Origin: Hydrurus foetidus
Lineage: Eukaryota
Direction: 5' to 3'
Assembly (NCBI GenBank): GCA_900617105.1
Contig: UYFQ01000001.1
Coordinates: 3,038,001 to 3,102,000, forward strand
Length of the DNA: 64,000 nt
Part shown: one piece after another, positions 1 through 11,763 of the stretch
Layout of the letters: every line of letters starts with the position of its first letter
Numbering within the stretch: the stretch's first letter is position 1
The notes under the pieces: generated by a model
What the model was told of the DNA's origin: nothing
The model's input: only the letters and a program-made list of their open reading frames with translations
The model's database searches: none
Program-made: the position numbers and the translations under genes

Positions 1-1
1 C

Positions 2-490
2 CCCGGCGTATGGCGCCACGGCGACTGGCTGAAAATCACACCTTCGGGCAGCTGCATCATCTACGGCCGCAGCGACGCCACCATCAACCGCCACGGCTTG
101 AGGATGGGCACCAGCGAGCTGTACAGCGCGGTAGAGGCGCTGCCCGAGGTGCTGGACGCGCTGGTGGTCGATCTGGAATACCTGGGGCGCACCAGCTACA
201 TGCCGCTGTTTGTCGTGCTGCGCCCGGGCGTAACGCAAGACGCGGCCATGAAAACCCGCCTGATGAACGCCATTGCCACCGCCTTGTCACCGCGCTTTTT
301 ACCCAACGACATTTTTGAGGTGCCTGAAGTGCCCCGAACACTGTCGGGCAAAAAGCAAGAGCTGCCGATTAAAAAACTGCTGCTCGGCCAACCGCTGGAA
401 AAAGTGGTGAACAAAGAAGCCATGGCGAACCCGGCATGCCTCGATTGGTACGTGGCGTTTGCCGCCGCGCACGCCTTGCGGGCGGGCTGA
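2..490 (+). CDS. Acetoacetate-CoA ligase (acetoacetyl-CoA synthetase), C-terminal part, truncated by window start
   Basis: Frame 2 is open from the window start: PGVWRHGDWLKIT...IYGRSDATINRHGLRMGTSE...PRTLSGKKQELPIKK, typical AMP-binding enzyme C-terminal motifs. Confidence 0.85.
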   Translation, partial: PGVWRHGDWLKITPSGSCIIYGRSDATINRHGLRMGTSELYSAVEALPEVLDALVVDLEYLGRTSYMPLFVVLRPGVTQDAAMKTRLMNAIATALSPRFLPNDIFEVPEVPRTLSGKKQELPIKKLLLGQPLEKVVNKEAMANPACLDWYVAFAAAHALRAG

Positions 491-505
491 CCCAAGTCCT
501 AAACC

Positions 506-1414
506 CTACGTGCTGCGGCGCCGATTCACCAGCACAATGCCCGCCGCCACCGCCGCCAGCCCGGCCAGCAAACCGGGCGTAACCGCCTCTTTAAGCCAGA
601 GCGAGCCGAAAAGCAAGGCAAACACCGGCGTTAAAAATACAAACACACTCATTTGCGTGGCGGGGTAGCGCGTCAGCATCCACATCCACACCAGGTAGCT
701 GGCAAAAGCGCCGACCGCGGTTTGCAAAAAAAGCGACGTCAAGGCGAAGCTACTGAACTGCCACACCCACACCTCGCCAAGGGCTACCGACAGCACAGGC
801 AAGGCCAATGCACTGACGCCCAATTGGTAAAACAGCAGCTTTTCTGGCGCAAGGGTGCTCAAGCGGGTGGCGCGTATGACCACGGTTGTCAGCGCCCACA
901 ACAGGCCGGCCAGCAAACCCAGCGCGTCGCCAAGCGCTGTTGAGCCAGCGCCCACGCCCGGCCCGGCCAGCCAGCCTTCACGCAGCGCAAACGCCACACC
1001 GCCAAACGCACACAGCAAGCCCAGCCACTGCACCCGGCGCAGTTTTTCGGCCTTCACCCACAGCGGCAACAGTATGGCCACCCAAAAAGGCGAGGTGTAC
1101 AAAAACACGGTCAGCCGCGATGACGTGGTGTGCACCAGCCCCGCATAAATACAGGCGAACTCGCCCGCAAACAGGGCCCCGGCCAACACACCTGCGGCCA
1201 ACGAGCCGTCGCGTTTGAAGAGCGGTACGCCGCGCAGCGCGCACCACAACCACAGCAGCGCGGTGGCGCCGCCCAAACGCAGCGACGCTTGAAACATGGG
1301 CGGTATCTCGGTGATCGTGGCTTTGATCAATACCTGCTGCAAACCCCACAGCGCGCAGCAACCCAGCAGCAAGCTAACTGCCAGCGAATCGAGTTGAGTT
1401 TTACGCGAAGACAT
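506..1414 (-). CDS. DMT/EamA family transporter
   Basis: 302 aa, about 10 hydrophobic segments, two EamA-like halves. Confidence 0.85.
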   Translation of the reverse strand: MSSRKTQLDSLAVSLLLGCCALWGLQQVLIKATITEIPPMFQASLRLGGATALLWLWCALRGVPLFKRDGSLAAGVLAGALFAGEFACIYAGLVHTTSSRLTVFLYTSPFWVAILLPLWVKAEKLRRVQWLGLLCAFGGVAFALREGWLAGPGVGAGSTALGDALGLLAGLLWALTTVVIRATRLSTLAPEKLLFYQLGVSALALPVLSVALGEVWVWQFSSFALTSLFLQTAVGAFASYLVWMWMLTRYPATQMSVFVFLTPVFALLFGSLWLKEAVTPGLLAGLAAVAAGIVLVNRRRST

Positions 1415-1453
1415 GGCGGGTGAAGCAGGCAGCGGGACAGTGGCTTGTGAACT

Positions 1454-1515
1454 GCTATTTATTAAATAGCTGCTCGCGCCCGTATTTATTGCGCTACAGC
1501 CTTATTTTGCTTAAA
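1454..1515 (-). repeat. Dispersed 55-bp element, copy A (overlaps the hydrolase 3' end)
   Basis: Reverse complement reads GGCTGTAGCGCAATAAATACGGGCGCGAGCAGCTATTTAATAAATAGC. Confidence 0.9.
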
Positions 1516-2388
1516 TTGAAGGTCTAACCAGGCCTTAAGCGCCATAAACACCGGCGCAGGCTGCAGCTCGTTAAAAAGCTCGTGGTACATCCCGTCAAAA
1601 CACTGGGCCGTCACGCACCCGGGCACAACCGACGGCGATGTAGCTGCAGCCTTCGCAAAGCGGCGGCTCCCGTTCGGGTTGACCAATTTGTCATCGCCTG
1701 CGTACATCAGCAGCGTGGGTACGCGCCAAGTGGCAGCCGCTGCCAGCACTGCCGGCCCAGCAGTGGCGATAAATTTACCCAGGCGCGGCGACATGCGGTT
1801 GTGCACCAGCCGGTCAGCTTGGTAGGCCCGAATCACCTGCGCGTCGTGCGACAAATACTGTGCGTTCAGGCCGTTGCCAACCGTTAAATTCGGCAGCAGA
1901 CCTGGCAGCACGGCCAGCAGCAGCCGTTGCACCGCGCCCAAGCCGGCATCCAGCGCCGGAGAAGACAACGCCAGTTCATCAACCGGCCTGCGCTTGAGCG
2001 ACACAAATCGACTGGCGACCAGCCCACCCAGGCTGTGGCCCAACAAAATCAGCGGCTCTTTGGGGTAGTAGCTGCGCAAGTCGTCGATCACATCTTCGAG
2101 GTCAGTTAACAGCGAGTCAAGGGCCGGCAGCGTTCCCGGCTTGCCGCCAGACTGGCCGTGCCCGCGCTGGTCGTAGCCGCGAACTTCAAAACCCCACGAC
2201 CGCAAAATGCCGGCCACCGCGTCGTAGCGCCCGGCATACTCGCCCAAACCGTGCACCAGCAGCACCACACCGCGAGTGGCCTGTGCCTGCTTGGCGGCTT
2301 CTTTAGACGACTCTTCATCAACCCAGCGGTACAGCGCCAGGTTTTCACCATCGCTGGCAATTAACGGGGAAAGAACGCGAATATCCAT
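1486..2388 (-). CDS. Alpha/beta hydrolase (lysophospholipase/monoacylglycerol lipase-like)
   Basis: HGLGEY, DQRGHGQS, nucleophile motif GHSLGG, HELFNE. Confidence 0.9.
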   Translation of the reverse strand: MDIRVLSPLIASDGENLALYRWVDEESSKEAAKQAQATRGVVLLVHGLGEYAGRYDAVAGILRSWGFEVRGYDQRGHGQSGGKPGTLPALDSLLTDLEDVIDDLRSYYPKEPLILLGHSLGGLVASRFVSLKRRPVDELALSSPALDAGLGAVQRLLLAVLPGLLPNLTVGNGLNAQYLSHDAQVIRAYQADRLVHNRMSPRLGKFIATAGPAVLAAAATWRVPTLLMYAGDDKLVNPNGSRRFAKAAATSPSVVPGCVTAQCFDGMYHELFNELQPAPVFMALKAWLDLQFKQNKAVAQ

Positions 2389-2417
2389 GCAGGAGGGTTT
2401 GGCTTTGTCTGCCTCAG

Positions 2418-3893
2418 CTAGCTTGGCACGCGCGCAATGACCTGCGCGACCGCCGCGGTGAGCTTTTTAGCGTACGGCACGTGCAAAAACTCGTTCGGCC
2501 CGTGCGCATTGCTTTTGGGGCCGAGCACGCCGCACACCATCATTTGCGCGGACGGAAAGCCCTTGCTCAACATGTTCATGAGCGGAATCGTGCCGCCTTG
2601 GCCAATGGTGCCGCAGGGCGCGCCAAAAAAGTTTTGCGACGCAACATTGAGCGCGTTGTCAAACCAGTCGGTGCTGGCCGGTGCGTTCCAGCCGGTGGCG
2701 CCGCCGCCGCCTTCAAAGGTGACTTTGGCGTTGTAGGGGGCGTTGTCTTCGAGCAACTTTTTGAGCTCTTGCACGGCTACGGCCGCGTCCACCAGCGGCG
2801 GAAAACGCATCGACAATTTAAACGCCGTGTAAGGCCGCAGTACATTGCCCGCATCTTTAAGCGCCGGAAAACCTTCGGCTCCGGTCACGCTCAGCGTAGG
2901 CCGCCAGGTGCGGTTCAGCAACGCGTCTAGCGGGTCGGTCGTCATGGGCAGCGTAAAAGCGCTTGAACCTTCGCAGTCGTAGTGCGCCCACGGAAAGCGC
3001 TTGTACAGCTCGTCGCCAAGCGTGGCGGCGGTGGCTTTGGCCTGCGCCAAACGGTCAGCGGGAATAGCGCAATGAAAACTTTGCGGCAGCAAACGGCCAG
3101 TGGCGCTGTCTTCTAACCGATCAAGCACATGCCGCATGATGCGAAAGCTCGACGGCACCACACCGCTGGCGTCGCCCGAGTGCACGCCTTCGTCCAGCAC
3201 CTCGACCTTCAGCACGCCGCCGCCCATGCCGCGCAAGCTGGTGGTTAACCATAACTGGTCGTAATTGCCCGCGCCAGAGTCCAGGCACACCACCAACGCC
3301 ACTTCGCCCAGGCGTTCACGCAGCGCATCCACATACGGCAACAAGTCGTATGAGCCACTTTCTTCGCAGGTTTCTATCAACCCGACGATGCGCGGGTGCG
3401 GCACGTTCTGCGCTTTTAATGCTTGCACAGCAGCAATGCTGGCGTACACCGCATAGCCGTCGTCCGCGCCGCCACGCCCGTAGAGTTTGCCGTCCAAGTA
3501 CTTGGGCGTCCACGGCCCCAGGTCGCTGCGCCAGCCGGTGAATTCAGGTTGCTTGTCCAGGTGGCCGTACATCAGCACCGTCGACGTCGAGTCGGCGCGT
3601 GTCGCGGGGATTTCAAAAAACAACACGGGGGTGCGGCCTTCAAGCCGAATCACTTCCAGCGTCAAGCCTTCAACCTTTTGCGCCTCAACCCAGTCTGCCG
3701 CATTGCGCATCACCGTGTCGATATAGCCATGCACCTTCCAGTCGGCGTCAAAGCCGGGTGACTTGGCCGGAATGGCGATGTAGTCACTGATTTGCTTAAC
3801 AATGTCGCCGTCCCATTGCGCGCTAACCTGGCTGAGGGCAACGGCCGCGTCCAGCAGGTGAGCGGGGATTTCTTTGTGCAGAGGTGCGTTCAT
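2418..3893 (-). CDS. M20/M25/M40 family metallopeptidase
   Basis: YGHLDKQP, LYGRGGADDG, CEESGS, NAHGPNE; start MNAPLH chosen because it overlaps the psd stop (ATGA). Confidence 0.88.
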   Translation of the reverse strand: MNAPLHKEIPAHLLDAAVALSQVSAQWDGDIVKQISDYIAIPAKSPGFDADWKVHGYIDTVMRNAADWVEAQKVEGLTLEVIRLEGRTPVLFFEIPATRADSTSTVLMYGHLDKQPEFTGWRSDLGPWTPKYLDGKLYGRGGADDGYAVYASIAAVQALKAQNVPHPRIVGLIETCEESGSYDLLPYVDALRERLGEVALVVCLDSGAGNYDQLWLTTSLRGMGGGVLKVEVLDEGVHSGDASGVVPSSFRIMRHVLDRLEDSATGRLLPQSFHCAIPADRLAQAKATAATLGDELYKRFPWAHYDCEGSSAFTLPMTTDPLDALLNRTWRPTLSVTGAEGFPALKDAGNVLRPYTAFKLSMRFPPLVDAAVAVQELKKLLEDNAPYNAKVTFEGGGGATGWNAPASTDWFDNALNVASQNFFGAPCGTIGQGGTIPLMNMLSKGFPSAQMMVCGVLGPKSNAHGPNEFLHVPYAKKLTAAVAQVIARVPS

Positions 3894-4750
3894 AAAAGCT
3901 CCTTGAAGTTGGCCATGGCCTCGCCCATTTGGATAGCTTGGCCGGGCGCCCACAACGGTGAGAACGCCAGCGGCGCTTTAGGGAAAAGCATCACCACCGT
4001 CGAGCCTAACAAAAACCGGCCCATTTCATCACCCCGCTGCAATTCAACCATTTTGTCGTTGTATTGCCAGGTTTTAATGCTGGGCAAGCGCGGCGGGTTC
4101 ACCAGCCCGTGCCACACAGTGGCCATGCTGCCAACGATAGTGGCGCCGACCAGCACCATCACAAATGGGCCATGCGCGGACTCGAACACGCACACCACGC
4201 GCTCATTGCGGGCAAACAGGCCCGGCACGCCTTGCGCCGTGGTGGGGTTGACTGAAAACAAATCGCCCGGCACATAAATCATCTGCATCAAACGGCCCTT
4301 GCACGGCATGTGAATGCGGTGATAGTCCTTGGGGCTCAGGTACAAGCAAGCAAAACTGCCACCTTCAAAACGCGCTGCCAGTGCAGCGTCACCACCCACC
4401 AAAGCCGTGGCTGAGTAACGGTGGCCTTTGGCCTGAAAAATCTGCTGGCCTTCCATGCCGCCAAACTGACTGACCGCGCCGTCGACTGGGCAAACCCAAT
4501 CAGCGCTGGCCAATGGCCGCGCGCCGGGTTGCAACGCACGCGTAAAAAAATCATTAAAACTCGCGTAGCTGCTGATGTCTGGGTTCAACGCCTCGGCCAT
4601 GTTGACCTGGTACTTGGCTACAAAGCGGCGAATAATCTCCGTGGTCACCCAGCCGCGCTCCTTGCCTGCCACCCACCCAGCAAACGCGGTTAGCGCCTGC
4701 TTGGGAAACAGGTATTGGGGCAAAACAGACAGTGGAGGCAACAATGACAT
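3890..4750 (-). CDS. psd: Phosphatidylserine decarboxylase proenzyme
   Basis: FNDFFTR, YLSPKDYHRIHMP, and the LGST self-cleavage motif. Confidence 0.93.
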   Translation of the reverse strand: MSLLPPLSVLPQYLFPKQALTAFAGWVAGKERGWVTTEIIRRFVAKYQVNMAEALNPDISSYASFNDFFTRALQPGARPLASADWVCPVDGAVSQFGGMEGQQIFQAKGHRYSATALVGGDAALAARFEGGSFACLYLSPKDYHRIHMPCKGRLMQMIYVPGDLFSVNPTTAQGVPGLFARNERVVCVFESAHGPFVMVLVGATIVGSMATVWHGLVNPPRLPSIKTWQYNDKMVELQRGDEMGRFLLGSTVVMLFPKAPLAFSPLWAPGQAIQMGEAMANFKELL

Positions 4751-4810
4751 GGCGTGAGGTAAAGGGGCTACTTAGGCTGATTTATACTGATCTATGCCGA
4801 AAATCAGCAT

Positions 4811-4865
4811 AAATCAGAGCTTTTACTCAATAAATACGGGCGCGAGCAGCTATTAAATATATAAC
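4811..4865 (+). repeat. Dispersed 55-bp element, copy B
   Basis: CAATAAATACGGGCGCGAGCAGCTATTAAATATATAAC downstream of gyrB. Confidence 0.9.
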
Positions 4866-4921
4866 GTTGATGAGCGACAAAGTGGGTGACAACGTAAGGG
4901 ACAAAGCTTGACAGTCCACAC

Positions 4922-7549
<2,628 letters not shown>

Positions 7550-7587
7550 TCACTTCGCATCGAATTTTCTTAATCACTTGAATGACT

Positions 7588-7610
7588 AAACCCGCCTTAA
7601 AAGCGGGTTT
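7588..7610. terminator. Hairpin between dnaN and gyrB (possible terminator or stabiliser)
   Basis: AAACCCGC-CTTAAAA-GCGGGTTT. Confidence 0.55.
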
Positions 7611-7641
7611 GTGCTGGGCTTTATTTATACAAATACGGGTT

Positions 7642-8748
7642 TCAAATTCGCATCGGCATGACGACATACTTGAAAGTGGCATTGTCTGGAATGGTCAACA
7701 ACGCTGAACTGTTGGAATCGGCCAACTCCATCTTCACCATGTCTTGCTCCATGTTGGTCAACGCATCAATCAAATAAGTGACGTTAAAACCTATCTCGAT
7801 GGAGTCGCCAGCGTAATCAATATCGAGCTCGTCAACAGCTTCTTCCTGCTCGGCATTGTTGCTGGCCACACGCAGCACCCCAGGTTCGATATTTAAGCGC
7901 ACACCCTTGAATTTTTCGCTGGTCAAAATCGCTGTGCGCTGCAAGCTGGCCAGCAGGGGAACACGGCCCATGGTGATGATGTTTTTGTGATTTTTAGGAA
8001 TCACCCGGTTGTAATCGGGGAACTTTCCTTCGACCAGCTTGGTGACAAATTCCATACCGTCAAAGCTGAACTTGGCTTGATTACCCGCAAACTGCATGTC
8101 AATCGCACCTTCTTTGTCGCTCAATAAACGCTGCATTTCCAGCACAGTTTTGCGGGGCAAAATAACTTCTTGCTTGGGCACTTCGACATCCAGCGTAGCC
8201 GACGAAAACGCCAGACGGTGACCATCAGTTGCCACCAGGCTAAGTTGTTTGCCTTCAGCGACAAACAAAATACCGTTGAGGTAGTAGCGAATATCGTGCA
8301 CGGCCATCGCAAACGAGACCTGGTTGAGCAACTCTTTCAACACCTTTTGGGGTACCGAAAAACTCGTACCAAAGTTGGCCGCCTCTTGCACCAGAGGAAA
8401 GTCTTCAGCAGGCAACGTCTGCAGCGTAAAACGGCTCTTGCCACCTTTTAAAATTAATTTGTTCTGCGCCGACTCTATCGACACCACCTGATCGCTTGGC
8501 ATGGAACGCAGGATGTCAATCAGTTTTCGCGCGCCCACGGTCGTTGTAAAACTACCGCCGTCACCGCCTAATTCAGCGGTGGTGCGAATCTGGATTTCCA
8601 AATCACTGGTCGTCAATTGAAGGTTGTCACCTGTTTTTTGAATCAGGACGTTGGCAAGAATCGGCAACGTATGACGGCGCTCCACGATGCCCGCCACCGA
8701 CTGCAAAACGGTCAACACTTTGTTCTGAGTTGCTTTTAAAACGATCAT
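7642..8748 (-). CDS. dnaN: DNA polymerase III beta sliding clamp
   Basis: HTLPILANV, RYYLNG, ATDGHRL, GKFPDY, C-terminal VVMPMRI; lies downstream of dnaA. Confidence 0.99.
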   Translation of the reverse strand: MIVLKATQNKVLTVLQSVAGIVERRHTLPILANVLIQKTGDNLQLTTSDLEIQIRTTAELGGDGGSFTTTVGARKLIDILRSMPSDQVVSIESAQNKLILKGGKSRFTLQTLPAEDFPLVQEAANFGTSFSVPQKVLKELLNQVSFAMAVHDIRYYLNGILFVAEGKQLSLVATDGHRLAFSSATLDVEVPKQEVILPRKTVLEMQRLLSDKEGAIDMQFAGNQAKFSFDGMEFVTKLVEGKFPDYNRVIPKNHKNIITMGRVPLLASLQRTAILTSEKFKGVRLNIEPGVLRVASNNAEQEEAVDELDIDYAGDSIEIGFNVTYLIDALTNMEQDMVKMELADSNSSALLTIPDNATFKYVVMPMRI

Positions 8749-9036
8749 TGGTCTATCTCCCTCTTATTTCTGTTTATCTGTTTAATTTAAATTAGTAGTA
8801 GTAGTAAGGGTAGCGCGATTCTGTGTACAACATGATTTTCCCCTTCTTAATCAACAAGTTGAGAATTGTTGAACCTTGTGGCAAGCGATGCGTTTCCTGT
8901 ACACGTCAAATGAATAACTTTCGGTTTTCAATACCCGCTGTGGATAACCTTGCACTTGTGCAAAAGTTATACCCAGATTTGTACCCATGAAAGATAGCAA
9001 CTTAAAACGCATGATCATTAAGCCTAAAAGCAAATA
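8749..9036. other. oriC: Chromosomal replication origin oriC (dnaN-dnaA intergenic region)
   Basis: AT-rich stretch 8761-8792; TAG repeats (DnaA-trio-like) 8793-8807 then GGG; IHF consensus AATCAACAAGTTG 8849-8861; perfect DnaA box TGTGGATAA 8939-8947; degenerate boxes at 8822, 8957, 8967. Confidence 0.85.
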
Positions 9037-10458
9037 TTAGCCTTTTAGGGTTTGTTCTAGCACATGAAGTTGTTGGTTAAGTTCAGTCAAAAGCTGCCGC
9101 TCAGCGGACATTTTTCTAACCGCGTGCAATACGGTGGTGTGGTCTCTGCCGCCAAACAGCTCACCAATTTCAGGTAAGCTCTTTTGTGTCAATTCTTTAG
9201 CCAGATACATCGCAATTTGACGGGGCCGGGCTATGCTAGCTGGCCGCTTTTTTGAGTACATGTCGGCAACTTTTATTTTGTAGTAGTCAGCTACCGTTCG
9301 CTGAATATTTTCAACGGAAATCTGTCGATTTTGGATCGATAGTAGATCCCGGAGCGCTTCTCTGGCCAGTTGAATCGAGATTTCTTTTTGGTTAAAGCGC
9401 GAATAAGCAAGTATTTTGCGCAGTGCACCTTCCAGCTCACGGACATTTGAGCGAACGTTTTTCGCAACAAAAAAAGCAACCTCTTCGGGCATTACCGCGC
9501 CTTCTATTTCGGCCTTTTTGATGAGTATTGCTACGCGCATTTCTAGTTCTGGTGGTTCAATAGCAACGGTGAGCCCTGAATCAAAGCGCGACACCAGCCG
9601 CTCATGGATGTCCGTTAACCCTTTTGGATAGGTATCGCTGGTCATCACAATGTGTGATTTTTTGGTCAATAAGGCTTCAAAAGCGTTAAAAAACTCTTCT
9701 TGTGTTCGGTCTTTATTGGCAAAAAACTGAACATCGTCAATCAACAACAAATCGAGCGAGTGATACCGCTCCTTAAACTCGTCAAAGGTTTTGCGCTGAT
9801 AAGCCTTGACAACATCAGACACAAACTGTTCTGCGTGAATGTACAAAACTTTAGCGCCAGGATTCTCAGCGACCAGCCGATTGCCGATAGCATGCATCAA
9901 GTGGGTTTTACCCAAGCCGACACCGCCATAAATAAAAAGTGGGTTGTACAGCTGCCCCAAGCTACTGGCGACGTGCAGAGCCGCTGCCCGGCCCATGCGG
10001 TTAGCCGTTCCCTCAATCAAAGTGTCAAAAGTCAACGTAGTGTTCAAGCGGCTTTTGAAGGGCGCATTCGCGAAGTCGTCAGCTACCCCCAATTCCATGG
10101 GTTCAGCAAATGAGGCGCTGTAGCTTGGGTTGGGAGAGGCTCTAGGACCGCTGAGCACTTCGCGCGGAGCAAGCGCTAACTCAAGTGAAACGCTGTGGCC
10201 AGACACCTTTTCAAGCAAACCGGCAATGCGGCCGGCATATTGAGCGCGAATCCAGTCAAGTTTGAAACGGTTGGCAACCCGCACCGTGACTTTGGACAGA
10301 TCTTCAGATACATCAGCCTCCAAAGGGCGAATCCAGGTTGAAAACTGTTGCTCAGGAATCTCTTGAGCCAGTTGATCAACACAAACTTGCCAAAGGCTTT
10401 GGCTAAGTACCCCGTTGCGAGCGTCAGCCACAGGAGTCGGCCTGACTGGTAAAGTCAT
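9037..10458 (-). CDS. dnaA: Chromosomal replication initiator DnaA
   Basis: [17 protein letters not shown]alker [31 protein letters not shown]. Confidence 0.99.
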   Translation of the reverse strand: MTLPVRPTPVADARNGVLSQSLWQVCVDQLAQEIPEQQFSTWIRPLEADVSEDLSKVTVRVANRFKLDWIRAQYAGRIAGLLEKVSGHSVSLELALAPREVLSGPRASPNPSYSASFAEPMELGVADDFANAPFKSRLNTTLTFDTLIEGTANRMGRAAALHVASSLGQLYNPLFIYGGVGLGKTHLMHAIGNRLVAENPGAKVLYIHAEQFVSDVVKAYQRKTFDEFKERYHSLDLLLIDDVQFFANKDRTQEEFFNAFEALLTKKSHIVMTSDTYPKGLTDIHERLVSRFDSGLTVAIEPPELEMRVAILIKKAEIEGAVMPEEVAFFVAKNVRSNVRELEGALRKILAYSRFNQKEISIQLAREALRDLLSIQNRQISVENIQRTVADYYKIKVADMYSKKRPASIARPRQIAMYLAKELTQKSLPEIGELFGGRDHTTVLHAVRKMSAERQLLTELNQQLHVLEQTLKG

Positions 10459-10470
10459 TGCTTTTTGTAC

Positions 10471-10528
10471 TGTGGATAGGGTAGAAGTTCACGCGCTCGT
10501 ATTGTACTCATTTCGAGAGTTATCCACA
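10471..10528. promoter_or_regulatory. DnaA boxes upstream of dnaA (autoregulation and/or second oriC part)
   Basis: TGTGGATAG at 10471-10479 and perfect TTATCCACA at 10520-10528. Confidence 0.75.
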
Positions 10529-10779
10529 CCAATGTTTCAGCGAATTCTGCGGTGCAATTGCCCTGACTCGCTCAAAACCCGTGCCAAGCAATTTCAGCCG
10601 CATAAAAGTCGCCTTTCGCTGCGACTGCGCTTGCCTGAGCCAAGAAATCTGCGATAATCGAAAGTCCGTCATTTAGCGCCACTGTGCGGCGACATTCGAC
10701 AAAGCCATCCAAGCCCGAGCGGTAGACAGTGTTTGCGGTCGACTTTCGGAACTCTTTTTAGCAAACAGCTGGACTTATT

Positions 10780-10914
10780 ATGAAACGCACTTACCAACCA
10801 TCCAAAGTTAAACGCGCCCGGACGCATGGCTTTCTCACCCGCATGAAAACGCGCGGTGGACGCGCCGTTATTGCGGCAAGACGCGCCAAAGGCCGCAAGC
10901 GTTTGGCGGTCTAA
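10780..10914 (+). CDS. rpmH: 50S ribosomal protein L34 (not in the ORF track)
   Basis: Manual translation [44 protein letters not shown]. Confidence 0.98.
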   Translation: MKRTYQPSKVKRARTHGFLTRMKTRGGRAVIAARRAKGRKRLAV

Positions 10915-11015
10915 GCCAGAGCGATATCGTCAAAACCGAGCGCGCCTTGCCGGGCATCTCGAATGCTTTCGCCAATTGATTAACCGCGCAGTCGCTCATT
11001 TTTTTAAAATCATCT

Positions 11016-11402
11016 GTGAAGCGGTTCAAAAGCAGACCGCAGTTTCAGGCTGCGTTGAATGCGCCGGTGATTGCGAAAACGCAGCATTTCGTTATGCACA
11101 AGGCACTTATAGCGACGGAACCGCTTGAACACAACTTAAATTTGTTTTCCCAAGACGTGTGGCTAGGAGCAATGGTGCCGAAACGGTGGGCCAAGCGTGC
11201 CGTGACACGAAACACCTTGAAAAGACAAATCTACTCACTTGGCGGCGGCTTGGCGCATCAGTTTTCAGGCGCGGCGTATTTGATACGGCTTCGTTCGGAA
11301 TTTTCTCGCCAACACTTCCAAAGTGCGTCGTCAGATGCATTGCAACAGGCGGCCAGAGCCGAATTGATCAACTTATTGCAAATTGGGTTGAACGCAAAGT
11401 GA
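11016..11402 (+). CDS. rnpA: Ribonuclease P protein component
   Basis: VPKRWAKRAVTRNTLKR (RNR-type motif); canonical position after rpmH. Confidence 0.93.
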   Translation: MKRFKSRPQFQAALNAPVIAKTQHFVMHKALIATEPLEHNLNLFSQDVWLGAMVPKRWAKRAVTRNTLKRQIYSLGGGLAHQFSGAAYLIRLRSEFSRQHFQSASSDALQQAARAELINLLQIGLNAK

Positions 11403-11406
11403 CCAT

Positions 11407-11763
11407 ATGAAAACCGCTTTAGGGGTGTTGTATCGCTTTCCCCAGCAGGCGTTGATCTTGTTGGTCAAATCGTATCGGCTTTTGCTTAGCCCGTGGCTCG
11501 GAAACGCATGTCGATTCGAGCCTACTTGCTCAGCGTATGCGCTGCAGGCACTTAATAAGCATGGCGCTGCGGTCGGGGGAGCGTTGACCCTTTATCGTCT
11601 TGTGCGCTGTCAGCCTTGGTGTCGCGGCGGGCACGACCCGGTACCAGAGACCGCTAAAGTCCAAGCCTTGTTTACCAGGTTGCTGACGCCCAGAGCGCCT
11701 CAGAGCCCGTCACCGCTACCTTCACCGTCCGCATCATTTCCTCCTGAAAAGAGTTCCCCATGA
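11407..11763 (+). CDS. yidD: Membrane protein insertion efficiency factor
   Basis: CRFEPTCSAY and RCQPWCRGGHDPVP motifs. Confidence 0.95.
   Translation: MKTALGVLYRFPQQALILLVKSYRLLLSPWLGNACRFEPTCSAYALQALNKHGAAVGGALTLYRLVRCQPWCRGGHDPVPETAKVQALFTRLLTPRAPQSPSPLPSPSASFPPEKSSP

Noticed and set aside
9037..11760. Lower GC content across dnaA-rnpA-yidD as a sign of horizontal transfer
   Set aside because: Canonical core genes in canonical order next to oriC; no mobility signatures
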